Made by a program: the position numbers and the translations under genes. A DNA stretch of 64,000 bases from Sphyrna mokarran (lineage: Eukaryota), in NCBI GenBank assembly GCA_024679065.1, contig JAGIQG010000022.1:26784001-26848000 (forward strand), written 5' to 3'. Positions 37,497-51,417 of this stretch are shown one piece after another. Each line of letters starts with the position of its first letter. Position 1 is the first letter of the stretch. The notes under the pieces were generated by a model. The model saw nothing but the letters and a program-made list of their open reading frames with translations. It was not told the DNA's origin and searched no databases.

Positions 37497-38515
37497 GTAA
37501 ATCTTGTCCCTCAGAAGCCTCTCTATCAGCTTACCAACCACTGAGGTCAGACTCAGCGGTCGGTAATTTCCAGGACTATCCCTGTTCCCTTTCTTGAAAA
37601 TAGGGACCACATCCGCAATCCTCCAATCCCCCGGAACCTCTCCCGTCTCCATCGACGACGCAAAGATCATCGCCACGGGCTCTGCAATGACATCCCTCAC
37701 CTCCCACAATAACCTGGGGTACATCCCATCTGGTCCCGGAGACTTGTCTATCTTGATAGCATTTAAAAGTTCTAACACATCCGCTTCCTTAATATCTACA
37801 TACTCAATCTTTTCAATCTGCCACAAACTTGTAGTGCATCCTCCCAGATCACTTTCCACCGTGAATACTGAGGCAAAGTACTCATTAAGCACCTCTGCCA
37901 TTTCTTCCGGTTCCATACAAACTTTTCCCCCTTCACCTTTTATAGGTCCTATCCCTTCTCTTCTCATCCTTTTACTTTTCACATATTTGTAGAAGGCCTT
38001 GGGATTCTCCTTAATCCTACCAGCCAAGGCCTTCTCATGACCCCTTCTGGCTCTCCTAATTTCCTTTTTAAGCTCTCTTCTATAAGCCTTATACTTCTCT
38101 AGATCCCCAACATCTCCTAGCTCTTTGAACCTTTTATACACCTTTCTTTTCTTCCTGACTAGGTTCACCACAGCCTTCATGCACCACGGTTCCCTCGACC
38201 TATCAAAACCTCCTTGTCTCACCGGAACGTTGTCGTGCAGAGCTCCAGACAAGCATTCCTTGCATATCTGCCACCTTCTTTCTGTGCTTTTCCCCAAGAA
38301 CACCTCCTTCCAGTTTATTCGCCCCAACATCTGCCTGATGTCTTCATATTTCCCCTTATTCCAGACAAACACCTTCCTAGCCTGCCTGATCCTATCCTTT
38401 TCCAATGCAAGGGTGAAGGAGATAGAATTATGATCTCCATCCCCAAGATGCTCTCCTACCGAGAGATCCATCACCTGTCCTGGTTCATTAGCTAGTACCA
38501 GGTCCAATACAGTAC
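37497..38515 (-). mobile_element. Young CR1 LINE, 5' part of the host copy (end of APE endonuclease, tether, start of RT)
   Basis: Open frame LDLVL...GDGDHN...KENPKAFYKY...KSPGPDGMYPR...NYRPLSLTSVVGK...RDKIY, which continues as EHLE at 36492. Confidence 0.95.
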
Positions 38516-39590
38516 AGCCTTCAACTCTGGCCCCATCTTTTTCCTATTTGCATGCTGCCTTTGGTGATAGCATCCATAGTCACAAAATCAGTTTTCCTAT
38601 GCATGCTGACGACATCCAGTTTCCTCAGCATGCCAATACCCTTCATTCAAGAATTTATTTGAGCTCAACAAAAGTGAGAGCAAAGATATTCCACTAGACT
38701 TCTGCCTAAAGCTCTGCCTGCACCTTACTACCTAACTGCCTTTAGCTACTCTTTACCTGCTTCCACAGAGTGATACTGATGGTGTGGACGAAGTCAGACT
38801 GTCCTATCTGAACTTGAGCTAAATGTCAAACTTCTCTGCTTTTCCAGTACTGAGACAGGCTATACCCTTCACCACTATATTGAACACATCTCCAATCCAA
38901 GGCAGTCTCTATTCTGCATTACAACATTGTCTCACCACTGAGAGGTGTTCAATCTATATCCTCCACCACACCGTTGAACACTTTCTCTATCACATCTTGA
39001 TTGCCATTGAAACTTTTTATCCACGCCTATATCGCCTCCAAAAATGTGGAGTTCTCTAACATTCTCTAAGTTCTCTCCTTCATTAATTGCAATCCATATC
39101 AAAACTTCAAAGGCCAAAGTCCTAACACACTAATTTCTTACTCCCCTGTTACTCTGTGTCAAATTCCACTGGTTGAATTTCCACTGGTTGAAAAGGAAGT
39201 TTTACAAATGCATAAATCTCAACATCCTTGTGCATATTTACAACTCTTTATGCCTTACTCCTTTCAACCTTCACAATCTCATTCAGTGCCAGTGATTTGA
39301 CTGCAGCCATTAGTCTGCCTATTTCATATCCTCCTACCCTTCCTTACATTGTCTTTTCTATCTGCCTCCATTTTGTTGTAAACACCTCAAATGTTTTAGC
39401 CCAGTACTCATGAAGCATTTTTGCTAAAATACGACATCTCTCCAGCCACCTTCAGAAACCTTCCCGAAAAGTGCTTTTTGATTCAAACCCTCATTTTACT
39501 TCCTGCATTTCTCAGCTATGGTCGTTTTTGCCCCTGCACAGTACTTTAGTATTTGAGTGCTCTGCAAGCATTAAACAATTGTTGTTGGTG
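38516..39590 (+). mobile_element. Ancient L2-like LINE relic, right part
   Basis: Degenerate STLxPIFF...MLP...HKISFPMHADDIQ (YADD motif), ending near a ttgttgttg tail at ~39585. Confidence 0.6.
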
Positions 39591-40810
39591 TCATAGAAGT
39601 AAGATTATGACAATTCATATCAATTGTCAAATTACGGAGGCTAATAAAATTACTATCATTGTTACCAAAAAAGTATTTTATTTATTCACCTAATGTTTAT
39701 TCTTTTCAATTTTCAGAACCTTATTGAGTTTGCTAATAGTGTGTGGGAGGGTGGGCGAATGACACTCACTGTTGAGCAACATCAAGCGCATTGTTAATTT
39801 CTTCTCAGTTCTCTTTCAAGATCCTGTTCAATTCGTGGTAATTTCATTTTTAAAAGTGCTTGATGTTTGACAAGGAAGTTTTACACCTGTATTCAATTGA
39901 TTGTGAGGCAACAATCACTAATATTGATTTGGAGGCCTCAGCTTTCTGACCAATGCTTTGTAGCTTGCTGTAATAGTAGCAATGAAGCAATATTGTCAGC
40001 ATTTTTAACTTGATAAATATCAACCAGTAAATTGTTGCACCATTGAAATATTGGTGCTGTAATAAATTTGCATAGGGAGCAAATGGAGAACCTAAAGTGA
40101 TCGCCAGTTTGCTGCAGATTGTTTTTGCTATTAATGATTCGGGGATACTTCACTCTGATTATATTGAAGGTGTCGCTTTTGATTAACTGAATTATTTTGT
40201 AAAAGTTGTATTACCCAACCAAATGCCCCATTGTTGTGTGTGTTGGTGCATCTTTCTACAACGAAGGAAGGAAATAATAAAAATATGCAGCACTATAGAG
40301 AGAGAGACCTTTGGCCCATCTTGCCTGTCCTTGTTTTTGCTAAAGCAATTCAAAACCAATCCCACTGTCCATTATTCTACGTCTTTGATTTTAAATGTTT
40401 GTGCTGTTCCCTTAAAAACACAAGTACCATTTCTTCAACCAATTCCTATAGCAAAGCGTTCCATGCTCCTAACAACTCAGTATAAAGACATCTCCCTTAA
40501 CTATTCTTCTCCACAGTTTTAAATTGATAATCCTCGTCACTCAATCCCGAATTAGAGCAAATGGCTTTTCCCTGTTCAACCTAACAAAACGTGTAGATCT
40601 CCGGTTAGACTTCTGTCCAATGAAAATTCCATTGCTTTACGTGTCTACTGGTAACTATAATTTCCTATCCCTGGCATCATTTTTGTGAATTTATTTCATA
40701 TACTCTGTGACATTAATGCACATTGTGTAATAAACGACTGGATTTTTACAGAGTGGCAATGACTTCGGAGCCATTTAAAAATGGCAGAGGGGACCCAATT
40801 GTTGAACTCC

Positions 40811-41117
40811 CATCACAGAATCTCTACAGTTCAGAAGGAGGCCATTTAACCCATCAACTTGCACCAACAACAATCCCATCCAGGCCCTTTCCCCATAACT
40901 CCATGTATCTACCCTGCTATTCCCCCTGATACTAAGAGGGAATTTAGCATAGTCCAAAAATGTTAGATTGATAGACTGAGAGGAAACCGGAGCACCTGGA
41001 AGAAACTCACAGATACGGGGGACTACATGCAAACTCCACACAGTCACCTGAGGCTGGAATTGAATCCAGGTCTTTGGTAGTGTGAGGTAGCAGTGCTAAC
41101 CACTGTGCCACTGTTCC
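40811..41117 (-). mobile_element. V-SINE, tail type A
   Basis: Full head; ends aatggcctccttctg...gattctgtgatg. Confidence 0.88.
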
Positions 41118-41465
41118 CATTGCTGGTGACCCAGTATTTGCTAGCACAGGGTAAAGAGTAGCAAGCTTTACCCCTGAGTTGGCCACTCCATTGCAGGAGT
41201 AGGCATCTCTTAGTCCACCACGATTTCCATGCGTTGGGTCAGCTTTTGCATGACAGTTCATGGCTCCCCAAAGGACCCAAATCACTTCTATGATCCCCAT
41301 GGATGCCTTCCATCCCACTTTTCCTTCCCACTGTGCCTCTCTTCAACAAAAATGAGAAAATTCTGTCTTCAGGTTTCAACTTGTCCAAATCAACATTGAG
41401 CCATTGCTAAAGGATGTCACAAAGAACAACTTGTGATACCCACTTAATAATGTCAGGCAACCCTT

Positions 41466-41695
41466 TGTGGTGTTTGCACATACTCCCTGTGTCTGCGTGG
41501 GTTTTATTCCAGATGATCCAATTTCCTTCCGGAGTTTAAAGATGTGCGGGTTAGGTGGATTGGCCGTGCAAATTGCCTCTTAGATCAGCAGGGTAAATAC
41601 ATAGGGTTACAAGGATAAGGCCTGGGTGGGGTTGTTGCCTGTGCAGGATTGATCAGCCAAATGGCTGCGTTCTGCACTGTAAGGATTCTATTCTA
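41466..41695 (+). mobile_element. V-SINE, 5'-truncated, tail type A
   Basis: V core to ctgcactgtaaggattctattcta. Confidence 0.85.
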
Positions 41696-41881
41696 TTTTA
41701 CAGGAGAGCTCAACATAAACTGCTCAAATATTTCTTTGTTGATTTTCTAAGCATCATACGCACCCTGTCACTTCCTCCTGGGAATTATTATTATTGTATA
41801 TTTATTGATTGAAGGAATGAATTGCTTTATTAATGTTCAGGTTTCTGTTGTTTCCAATCATGTTTGTCATTTCCGTGGTAA

Positions 41882-42226
<345 letters not shown>

Positions 42227-42605
42227 TAATCTCACCCACTATAAAGCACAGGATTTGTTCCTCTGGCATACATGATGTGTGATCTGTGCTGTTTGAAATT
42301 ATGGCTGTAATATCATCAAAAGTTATCCCTTTTTTTTCTACATTTTCTTCCCACTGGGCAAGCTAATAATGAAAAAGGCAGGTTTTTTCCTTCGTGGGTG
42401 TTCAGAGATTTTTATGTACTTGTCTCAAAAAGCCATAATGTCCTGGAGCAGTTACAAACATTAAAGGTTAACTTTATTGCTAAAACTTTCTCTCAGGAAC
42501 TTTAATCATACCATGTGAGGAGGTTTAAATACGAGAATAAATTTATAATGAGGGATGTGATGAGACTTTTGGTTTTTCCCCAATATTTAACTGGAGGAAG
42601 GAAGG

Positions 42606-42889
42606 GTTCTACAGAACCCTTACAAGCAGAAGGAGGCCAGTCACCCCCATCAAGTCTGCACTGACTCTCCAAAAGAGCAACCCATCCCAGGTCCACCCCA
42701 CCCCCTTTATTCCCAGTCCACCTGATCTACACATCTTTGGACTGTGGGAGGAAACCAGAACACCCGGAGGAAACCCATATGGACACTAGCAGGACATAAG
42801 TCCACACACAGTCGCCCAAGGCCAGAATGGCACCAGGGTTGCTGGAACTGAGAGGCATTAAGGGCTAACCACTGGGCCACATGCTGCCC
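42606..42889 (-). mobile_element. V-SINE, tail type A
   Basis: gggcagcatgtggcccagtggttagc head; tail gtaagggttctgtagaac. Confidence 0.85.
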
Positions 42890-44867
42890 ACTCATGCTTG
42901 ACTTGATGGGAGATAAAAACTCTCCAGACAGGTGGTGGGGAATAAGAATTAGAAGTCCTCAGCATAACTGGGGAAGCTGACCTCAAGCCAGTTGCTACAG
43001 TTGCAACATGCAGATCAGAATGTAGAAGAGGGAAAAGCAGAGTTAACAGTGTGGAATGGGAAGAAATGCTGTCGTCCTGAGATAGGTAAGAGTGAATCCA
43101 AGAAAGAATAGACCAACTGAGCGAAACAATGGAGGACACATTAGGTGAGAATAGATGATAACTGTGCCACAAGGAATGAGGAAGGATAGTGCATCTAGGT
43201 CACAAAGGATGTGATTTGTGACTTGGATTGAAGCAGCCTGGTGAAGTGGCAGGCTGGAAATCTATTTGGCAAGTTTCAACAATGGAACTACTAGAAAAAT
43301 TGGTACGAATTTGGGAAGTACCAACTAATTTAAGGACTTTGGAGAGGAATGGTAGATTTGGAGTTGGGTATTAGTTTACAAGGGCAAAGGAGTGAAAGGA
43401 TGGGCTTTTTGAGGAAGGAGAATGATGAACACATTGTGCAATTTGGTTACCAGTCTCTGACATTGTCAAATGTGCTTTGCAACTGATAATTTTCAAAATG
43501 AATTTGAGAATTCATTCCCAAATGTGTCAACTTTATTTCTCATTCAGGTCAGTCTCTGATGACAATCAAATTTTTTAATGCTATTTTTTAATCTGTGACA
43601 AAGGGAAGGAGAGGAATTGCAATGTAATTCTGCCTGGGTTAAGTATGAAATGGGTATTGGGTATAATGCTTCCATTTTTCCATTGCAAAGCAGTCTTAGC
43701 GAAATTACTGCAATGTGGCAAGCATTCTTCCTTTATTGTGGTGGTCTGTTTCTCCCCTCCAAAGATTGACCCAATAAAACTGGCTTCGCTGTTTGAAACA
43801 CAATCAGCATGTTTCCATCATCTCAGTGTGCCACATTAGAATTCCCCAAACCTTTGTACAGCAATCAGTTGTACATCATTAAGTGTCATTTACTTCATTC
43901 TTCCTTTCTGTAAATCCCTTTTGGTTTGTGACAAGGTTGTGAAATTTTCCAGCATGACTATTTTCAGTGTACTTGACTGATTGTGGCCTCTTCCATTTCC
44001 GAGGTTTCATCTGCTCAAGTAACAGGTGTAATGACCGCAAATTGTTGCAACAGTCATTTTCTGCCGAATGTGAAAATAAATAAAATTGTTGTTAATGTGC
44101 TCAATATTCACACAGTTCCTTCCGTTGGACACCCTATCCACATATAGAAAACCTTTCAATGCTCCTTTACTCCCTGGCCAAGTCTCCATACTGTCAGGTA
44201 TTTTGCTCCTAGTCCTTTGTGAATGTTTGGTTCAGGAGACACAATTTTGGTGACTTTGCAAAAACAGAAATTATTTTTCAAGCTTGCCTGGCTTACAAGA
44301 ATAAGTGTTTGCAAGAATAAGTCTATAAGGCTCGGAAAGTGCTGCTCTGCCTCCATTCCCTACTATTCCCTAAATGGCTATTAACTTTCCACTGTCTGTC
44401 CACTAACAGCCAAGGCTACAAATTGGACACATCCATCAAATGAGGAGAGGGCCTGGTAGAGGAGGGATGCTCATGGTGCTAATCACCTTGCCTTGTGGAT
44501 GCCCAGGTTCTCAAATGCCTGCCTCATGCCTCGATGCAAATGCTCATCTCTGGGTCAAAGCTCTGTAATACAACAGGTTATTGGAGTGAGAGTCTAAGTC
44601 TGTGCAGCCATTTGTTTTCATGCACATACTATATTCCGGGTGATGTAATCCACACTGCCATGCTCAGCATAAGTGCTGGAGTGAATCTGGCAGAGCGGGA
44701 TAGGGAATTCAGTTCTATCAACAGAGAGATGTGGGGCAGTTGTAGTCTGAGAGGAAGTGTGTCCTTCAATCTTCACAACCATCCCAAAATGCTTCTCGGC
44801 AATAAAATCTCTAAACCTCAGTGAGTGAGTGAGAGTGTGAAGGAACTCTAAAGCTGGGACTAAGGCA

Positions 44868-44973
44868 TACACACGTTCCTCACAAATGCTTCACACACAT
44901 ACAGCACACCCCCAAACACACACACGCACATGACACACCATGTACACATGACATAGCACAGCACACACACACA
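44868..44973 (+). repeat. Degenerate (CA)n microsatellite
   Basis: Interrupted cacaca runs. Confidence 0.75.
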
Positions 44974-45334
44974 AAAGTAACCTGTTTCTGATCCCACTTT
45001 CATCTGAATTTTGCTGAAGCCAGCTCAGGGCCTGTACCACCAGAGGCAAATACAAGATGGTTGTTCTTTAAACCCGACTCCTTATCTCAGATCCAGTTCC
45101 TTTCCCTTTCTCTGGTGACAAGAACTTGGTCTAGTTTGTCCCTCTATACCTTTCCTTTATCAACAAAAAGATAAAAGAGATAGTTGATTCTTCTGCTTTG
45201 CACTTTTAAACGGTCATTTTTAATAGTTACTAATTTTTAAAAATTATCAATTCATTGCTTTGTTGTTTTTTTTTTGTTCAGTAAATTTCCAAATATTTCC
45301 TTCATACCTTAACTTTTTAAAAAAAGCTTAACAT

Positions 45335-46140
45335 TGCGGATAGTGAGGAGCATTGTCAGGCGATGCAGCAGGACATAGGCTGGTAGCTTGGGCAAATAGA
45401 TGGCAGATGGAATTCAATCCTGATAAGTGTGAGGTGATGCATTTCGGGAGAAAAAATGTAGGGGGGAGGTATATGATAAAGGGTAGACCTATTAAGAGTA
45501 TAGAAACGCAGAGGGATCTGCGGGTGCAGGTCAACAAGTCTCTGAATGTGGCAGAGCAAGTGGAGAAGGTTGTGAAGAAAGCATATAGTATGCTAGCCTT
45601 TAAAGGAAGGGGTATAGAGCACAAGAGCTGGCCTTTAATGTCGCAGTTGTATAAAACGTTGGTTAGACCTCATTTGGAATACCGCATCCAGTTCTGGTCG
45701 CCTTACAACCGGAAGGACGTGGAGACTCTGGAGAGAGTGCAGAGGAGGTTTACCAGGATGCTGCCTGGTATGGAAGGTCTGAGTTACGAGGAGAGGTTAG
45801 GCAAATTGGGACTGTTTTTCTTAGAAAGACGTAGACTTAGAGGAGATCTAATAGAGGTGTACAAGATTATGAGGGGTATAGATAGAGTAAACAGGGTTAA
45901 GCTTTTTCCTAGGATGGACTCGAATAGCACGAGGGGTCACGGGCTTAGGGTGAGGGGGGTATGGTATAATTTGGGTGCTAGATGGAGTTTTTTCACACAG
46001 AGGGTGTTGGGGGTATGGAATGCACTGCCAAATAAAGTGGTGGAGGCAGGTACTTTGGAGTTATTTAAGAAATACTTAGATGGGCACATGAACAGAGTGG
46101 GAATGGAGGGGTATAGAAAACTAATTTAAAATGAGGATCA
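45335..46140 (+). mobile_element. CR1 LINE ORF2 C-terminal fragment (fairly young, a different subfamily)
   Basis: 258-aa ORF 45353..46129 with WQMEFNPDKC, RPHLEY, ERVQRRFTRM, FFTQRV and WNALP. Confidence 0.93.
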
Positions 46141-46344
46141 TGAGCTTTGGGAATCCCTGGGAAGTGTGTAAATAGATGATGATGTTGATGTACTTGTTTT
46201 TATCCTACAGGTGCTTTGGTCCACCTTGTTGTCTAACAAGGGGCATACACGCGATGGGTCATGAGAGGGCTGCTCTTTGATTTTTTTTGAGAGTATCCTA
46301 GTGCTTCATGTCGTTAGTGTACGCTTGACCTGGACCATTTAACA

Positions 46345-46660
46345 GGCATCACGACAGCTCAGTGACTATCGCTGTGCTGTGCAGATACGTGGATTTGTGC
46401 CTGTGTCTGTGGGAGTTTGCGCATTCTCCCCGTGCTTGCGTGGGTTTTCTCCGGGTACTCCGGTTTCCTCCCACAAGATTTGCTCTTAGGCTAACTGGCA
46501 AAACAAATTCTCCCTAAGTTGTCTTAAATTTGGTTTTTAATCCATAGATCTATAAACATAGACAGGGATCACGGGTAGAGGTGGGAACATCATGGTGGCG
46601 GCATGGGCTCGTTGGGCAGAAGGGCCTGTTTCCCGTGCTGTTTTGTTCTTTGTACTTTTT
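46345..46660 (+). mobile_element. V-SINE variant with a divergent head and CR1-type tail
   Basis: Well-preserved V core at 46403-46475; tail gaagggcctgtttcccgtgctgttttgttctttg. Confidence 0.7.
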
Positions 46661-47782
46661 TCTTTATTGTGCCAAACTGGCCCTCAGGCAGCAGCTGCTG
46701 GATTTCTTGCTGAAAAGGAACAGAAGGCTCACAAGAGTCTGATTGCTTTTTGGAGGATTGGAAAAAAGGAGTTTTTTTTTGCTCCAGCAGAAATATGAAG
46801 CATTGAAGTTGCATGTCAGACAGTGTCTGTAGAAGGGGAAAAGAAATGCCAGTGATCCCTTTGTCAGAACAAGTGCAGAACGAAAGCCTGAAGAATAGAA
46901 TCCATTTCACTTTCTGCAGAATGTTTCTATTTATATTTCCCATTTCCAACATCTGCAATACTTTGTTCTCCTGTTGTCTGCTTCATGCTGACATTTGTAA
47001 GAGTGTTTTATTTCAATTTAAAATGAAGAAATGTTTATTACTCAGTACAATATGAAATTTTTAAGTCAATAAAGCCCATTTGTGTTGCCAGTAAGAGCAC
47101 ATTATTGAATAGATTGGTGCTAATTTATAGGAAGGTTGTATCCTTTTTAAACTTGAAAATGAAACCAGGAATCATGTTTCAATAAAATATGTCACCAATA
47201 ATTTAAGATATCCTTATTTGTACACGGGGTTGTGGCTTGTGAGTATGAAGTCTTTTGGATGTTTGACTTGGATATCGCATTGGGCTAAGTTCAAAGAAGT
47301 GAAGTTGGTTGCATAAAGGACTCAGTTGTGTATAATTGTGGAACAAAACCAGGGTTGTCAAGTGCACCATATTGAAATCTGAACTTTCAACTGGGTTTTA
47401 TAACAGATGCATGGAGTACAAAAGCCAAGAAGTGTTTTTTGCTAAATCTATAAAAACGTTTGACCACATCATGAGACTGGTTCTCACACCTGGGCACTGG
47501 AAGAATGTGAGGAGTAGGGTTAAGGGATGAGTGTAGATAATGGACTCAAACAAGAAAAGTACTAGGACTCATGATTTGTCCTCTTTGTCCTGGCTGACAT
47601 TACCATTTTGATATAAAAGTCAGTATCCTTGTCTGATACAAAAAGAGAAATTTTCCTGTCCCGCCCACCACGGGAATTGTGGTGGGTGAGGGGTGGACCA
47701 TGGAAAAGTCTGTTGACCTCGAGCAGGATTTTCTGGTTTTGGCATGAGTGTGGCTGGCAAATCCCGCCCAAAGTAATTTTGT

Positions 47783-48717
47783 TGTAACAAGCACTTATAC
47801 AATGTATAGTTTTTTATATATTTTGTAATAAGAAAGGTAAAATTGTCTTCAGTTTCATTTAGATTTTGTTTGTGAATCTTGATGCCTGGGAGTCTGGATA
47901 GACTTGTGACTGAACTGTTTCAGGTCTTTTTGGGTTTGTTTCCTATATACATTTTTAATGAGGTCTTACAATCCACAGAGTTAAAGAGATGGATCAAAAG
48001 GGGTTGAAAGTTCAGTGATTCTGTAAAAACACAAAGTAGAAAAGATTTACCATTGCTTAGCAACAATGATCCAGTGACACAGAGACGGAAAGACAGGAGT
48101 TGAGAGAGGAGATGTTGAGAGTGAGTGTTTGTGTCAAAGAGAGAAGGCAGGGATTTTTACCCCCGCTAAGAAAAAAGCTAACTACGAGGATAAAAGGACG
48201 TTAGTTAACGAAGTAATCAGCTATGGGACTCAGTGAAGTGATTAGTTTCGCAGAGGTGCTACTCAAATGCTGAATTGTGGAGGGTCATTTTCTTCAACTG
48301 CAGAGCAAGCAAGAGTGAGTTTATGCATTTTTTTTTTGGATGTTGGGGTGGGGGGGGGGGGGGAGAGAGGTGAGCAGCATCAATTGAATGTTTAAGAATT
48401 CACCAGAAGGAATCTGTTTACAAGTGTCAAGTTAGTGGCAACTCTTTACTGGTGTATGTGTCTGTGAAGAATAATTGAAAATTGAAGAATCTTTTGGTAT
48501 GTGTATAGAGATCTTTCTAACTTTTTTTTGTCTGGTGCAATATGGTTCACTTTTCGTTTTAATAATTTTTTATTTTTTGTATTAAAAGTTCATCAGCAGA
48601 CTCCTATGAATTTCTTCAGTAATTATCCTCTTTTTAAAAAAAAGTTAGGATCTATCAAGCCAGGTTTCACATTGGGATCTGATTTGTCCAGTAATAACAT
48701 CAACTGGAATTGTAACA
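47783..48717. mobile_element. Solo-LTR-like element (935 bp)
   Basis: Begins TGTAAC, ends GTAACA; flanks TTGT/TTGG form a 4-bp TSD with one mismatch; ATTAAA at 48581. Confidence 0.6.
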
Positions 48718-49372
48718 TTGGGCAGAATTTTGCCTTTTTTTTATTAGTTTTATAATGAGTGGGAAAAGCCAATGGGCTGACTTTTGTTTTTAATGGGTGC
48801 CTCGATGTACTGAAAAGATTGTACCACCCCACCATCACTCTGCATGGAGTGATGGAGGCAGTGCCTAGGCAAGAACCACCCCCCCCCCCGCCCCCAAAAT
48901 CTCCGGGACTCGCCCATGTGCCTCCTCCAAGTACACGCCATGGGGGATCTGTTGTGATTCATCCCCTCATGTCGATGTGAATGGACAATTCAACATGGGG
49001 AGGGGGACTACCAGGTACAAAGGCCGAAAAAGCACATTTAAATGAATGCAAATAACGAACCTGACTCTTACAGCCAGGATTCCCATGATGTCGTGGAAGG
49101 GGGTGCAAGAACAATTTATCAGGGAAAATCCTGCTGGTGTAAAAGCCAGTTTGGGACTCCCCAAGCTATTCTCCACCCCCCACGCCCCACCATTCTTGCC
49201 CCAAAAACAGGAGTGGAAACACCCCCACTTCTCCCCATCCACCATTGTATCAATTAGTTAACATAAATTCAGCTCAAGAAAGCAGAGTGTGTGTATCCAG
49301 TTCTTTTGCAAATCTCGGCACTTGCTGTTTCTCTGTGTGACTAAGATTGCTATTCAGCAAATGATAGATTGA

Positions 49373-49549
<177 letters not shown>

Positions 49550-50305
49550 TAAGTAATAAACTGTGAGTTATAAATAAGGGGACTTGCAACTTCAATCTAA
49601 AGCTCATATCAACAAAAGGAAGCTTGCTTTCAAAGGCTGCCCCCAAGTTCTTGTGAAAGACCGCACCAATTTGTTGAAAATACTCAGCTATTACTTGATT
49701 GCCTTCAGAACATTTTTACTCCATTGGGAAAGTTGTTAGTGTGCAATTTCAGAATGTGTTTAAATTTGAGAAATGCTGCGCTCATAATAATGCACAGTCA
49801 ACGACGCATTACCGACATTTCTTGGGCGTTGTGAAAAGCTGTTGCAACCATTATACGAAGTAAGTAACGTCATCAATGCATTGTGACTCAATCACTGAAG
49901 AAGTAGTTAGCAGTCCAGTGGGAATCACAAGATAAAAGCTTTTATTTCTTCCCTGACCTGGAGGAGATGGGAGCTTTGAAGTACAATAAAGTAACATGGC
50001 TTAAATTTGTTTGAGTTTTTCAAAGTGGCTGTTCCATTGTTCAGCCTTTTATCTCTCCCGCTGCAATTTTCTGTCAATTGGCACCTGCTTTAGTTAAACC
50101 TTTGTGAGTACTGAGTTTGAAATTTATTGAATGCTTCCTAAACAATCCCAATTTTGAGACAATAAACACAATTTTTCCATAGACTTAGTTTAGCACAATG
50201 GACCATTTTACAGCTTCCTTTCCAAGTGTATATCATTGGGAAATTGTGCAAAAACACTGAGCAAAGTTTACTTTACATTGATCTGGCTCAGAATACTGAG
50301 CTAGA

Positions 50306-50590
50306 TGGCATGGTGGCATTATGGTTAGCACTGCTGCCTCACAGCACCAGTGCCAGATACCCAGGTTCGATTTCTGGCTTGGGACACTGTGTGGAGTTTG
50401 TACATTTCCCAGTGTCTGTGTGGCTTTCCTCAGGTGCAGGTTAGATGGATTGGCCATACTAAATTGCCTTAGTGTTAGGGAGCCTAATAGGGTAAATGCG
50501 TAGGGTAATGGCAATGGGGCCTCGGTAGGATTGTGGTTGGTGCACTTGATGGGCTGAATGGCCTCCTTCTGCACAGTAGGATTCTATGGT
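50306..50590 (+). mobile_element. V-SINE, tail type A
   Basis: Head and tail gggctgaatggcctccttctgcacagtaggattctatgg. Confidence 0.87.
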
Positions 50591-50609
50591 TTTAAGATTT
50601 GCACTCTTA

Positions 50610-50955
50610 TTGATCTTACAGGGTGTTGTGCTATCCCAAAGCACCATACAGCCAATGAAACGCAGTTAGTGCTGTAATATAGAAAATCTGTCTGCCAATT
50701 TGCATCAAGTGAACTCCCACAAAACAGCAACATGATAAATAAGCAGCTCATCAGTTTTGATGATGTCAGTCAAAAAGTAAACATTGGCCAAGACAATTGG
50801 CAGAACTCAGTTACTCTTGAATAGTGCCATTTTTCAATTCCAGCTGTCAGGTAGATGGCACCCCCAACAGTGTAGCACTCCATCTGTACTGCATTGGAGT
50901 TTCAGTCTCATTCCAGCCCAGAAGCAAACATGCTATCAACTGGGCCAGAACTGAC
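50610..50955 (-). mobile_element. Ancient Deu-domain-like SINE relic
   Basis: Reverse complement contains gcagtacagatggagtgctacactgttgggggtgcc...atggcactattcaaga...cttggccaatg, resembling the DeuSINE core as I recall it. Confidence 0.55.
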
Positions 50956-51417
50956 ACCTCCAATTAGCAATTGGCTTACATCAAAATAAAGCTTTGGTTT
51001 TCACTATTATTCTCCTAAACCCCAGTGCCTTTATGGATAAGAGTCACTTGCATTACATGTGGTTGGTAATTAAATGTGTTGTGCCTGACAATCTATCTCT
51101 CTGGAATCCAAAATATATAGTGAGCTTACTGAAACTATTAATTATTTCAATATCCTGTTACTATCAGAAATAAAATTATAAACCTAATAAGCAATAAGAA
51201 AGCATGCACGTGTTTACACTGCACTCAACTGGCACTCCACATTGCCTCAGAGACTTTGTAATAAGTTCTTTTGTTTACAATTCCAGGAACAGAAATGTTG
51301 TAGAACATTGTGGAAGGCCAATTGATATTAATTTCAGTACTTATCAATCATTTGTTACCTTTTATATCTTCCTCTGTTTGCTGTTCCTCCACTTCCCCAA
51401 TTTGCTGTGAATCAAGT

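Noticed and set aside
35163-38495. Several antisense ORFs (e.g. 35682..36155, 36073..36453, 37594..37992)
   Set aside because: Shadow frames of CR1 ORF2.
37194-38507. 437-aa ORF as a novel fusion protein
   Set aside because: It is CR1 ORF2 reading through into the antisense strand of the nested copy. The element is 5'-truncated, with no promoter or true start.
39164-39192. Direct duplication of ttccactggttgaa
   Set aside because: Simple local slippage inside an old LINE relic.
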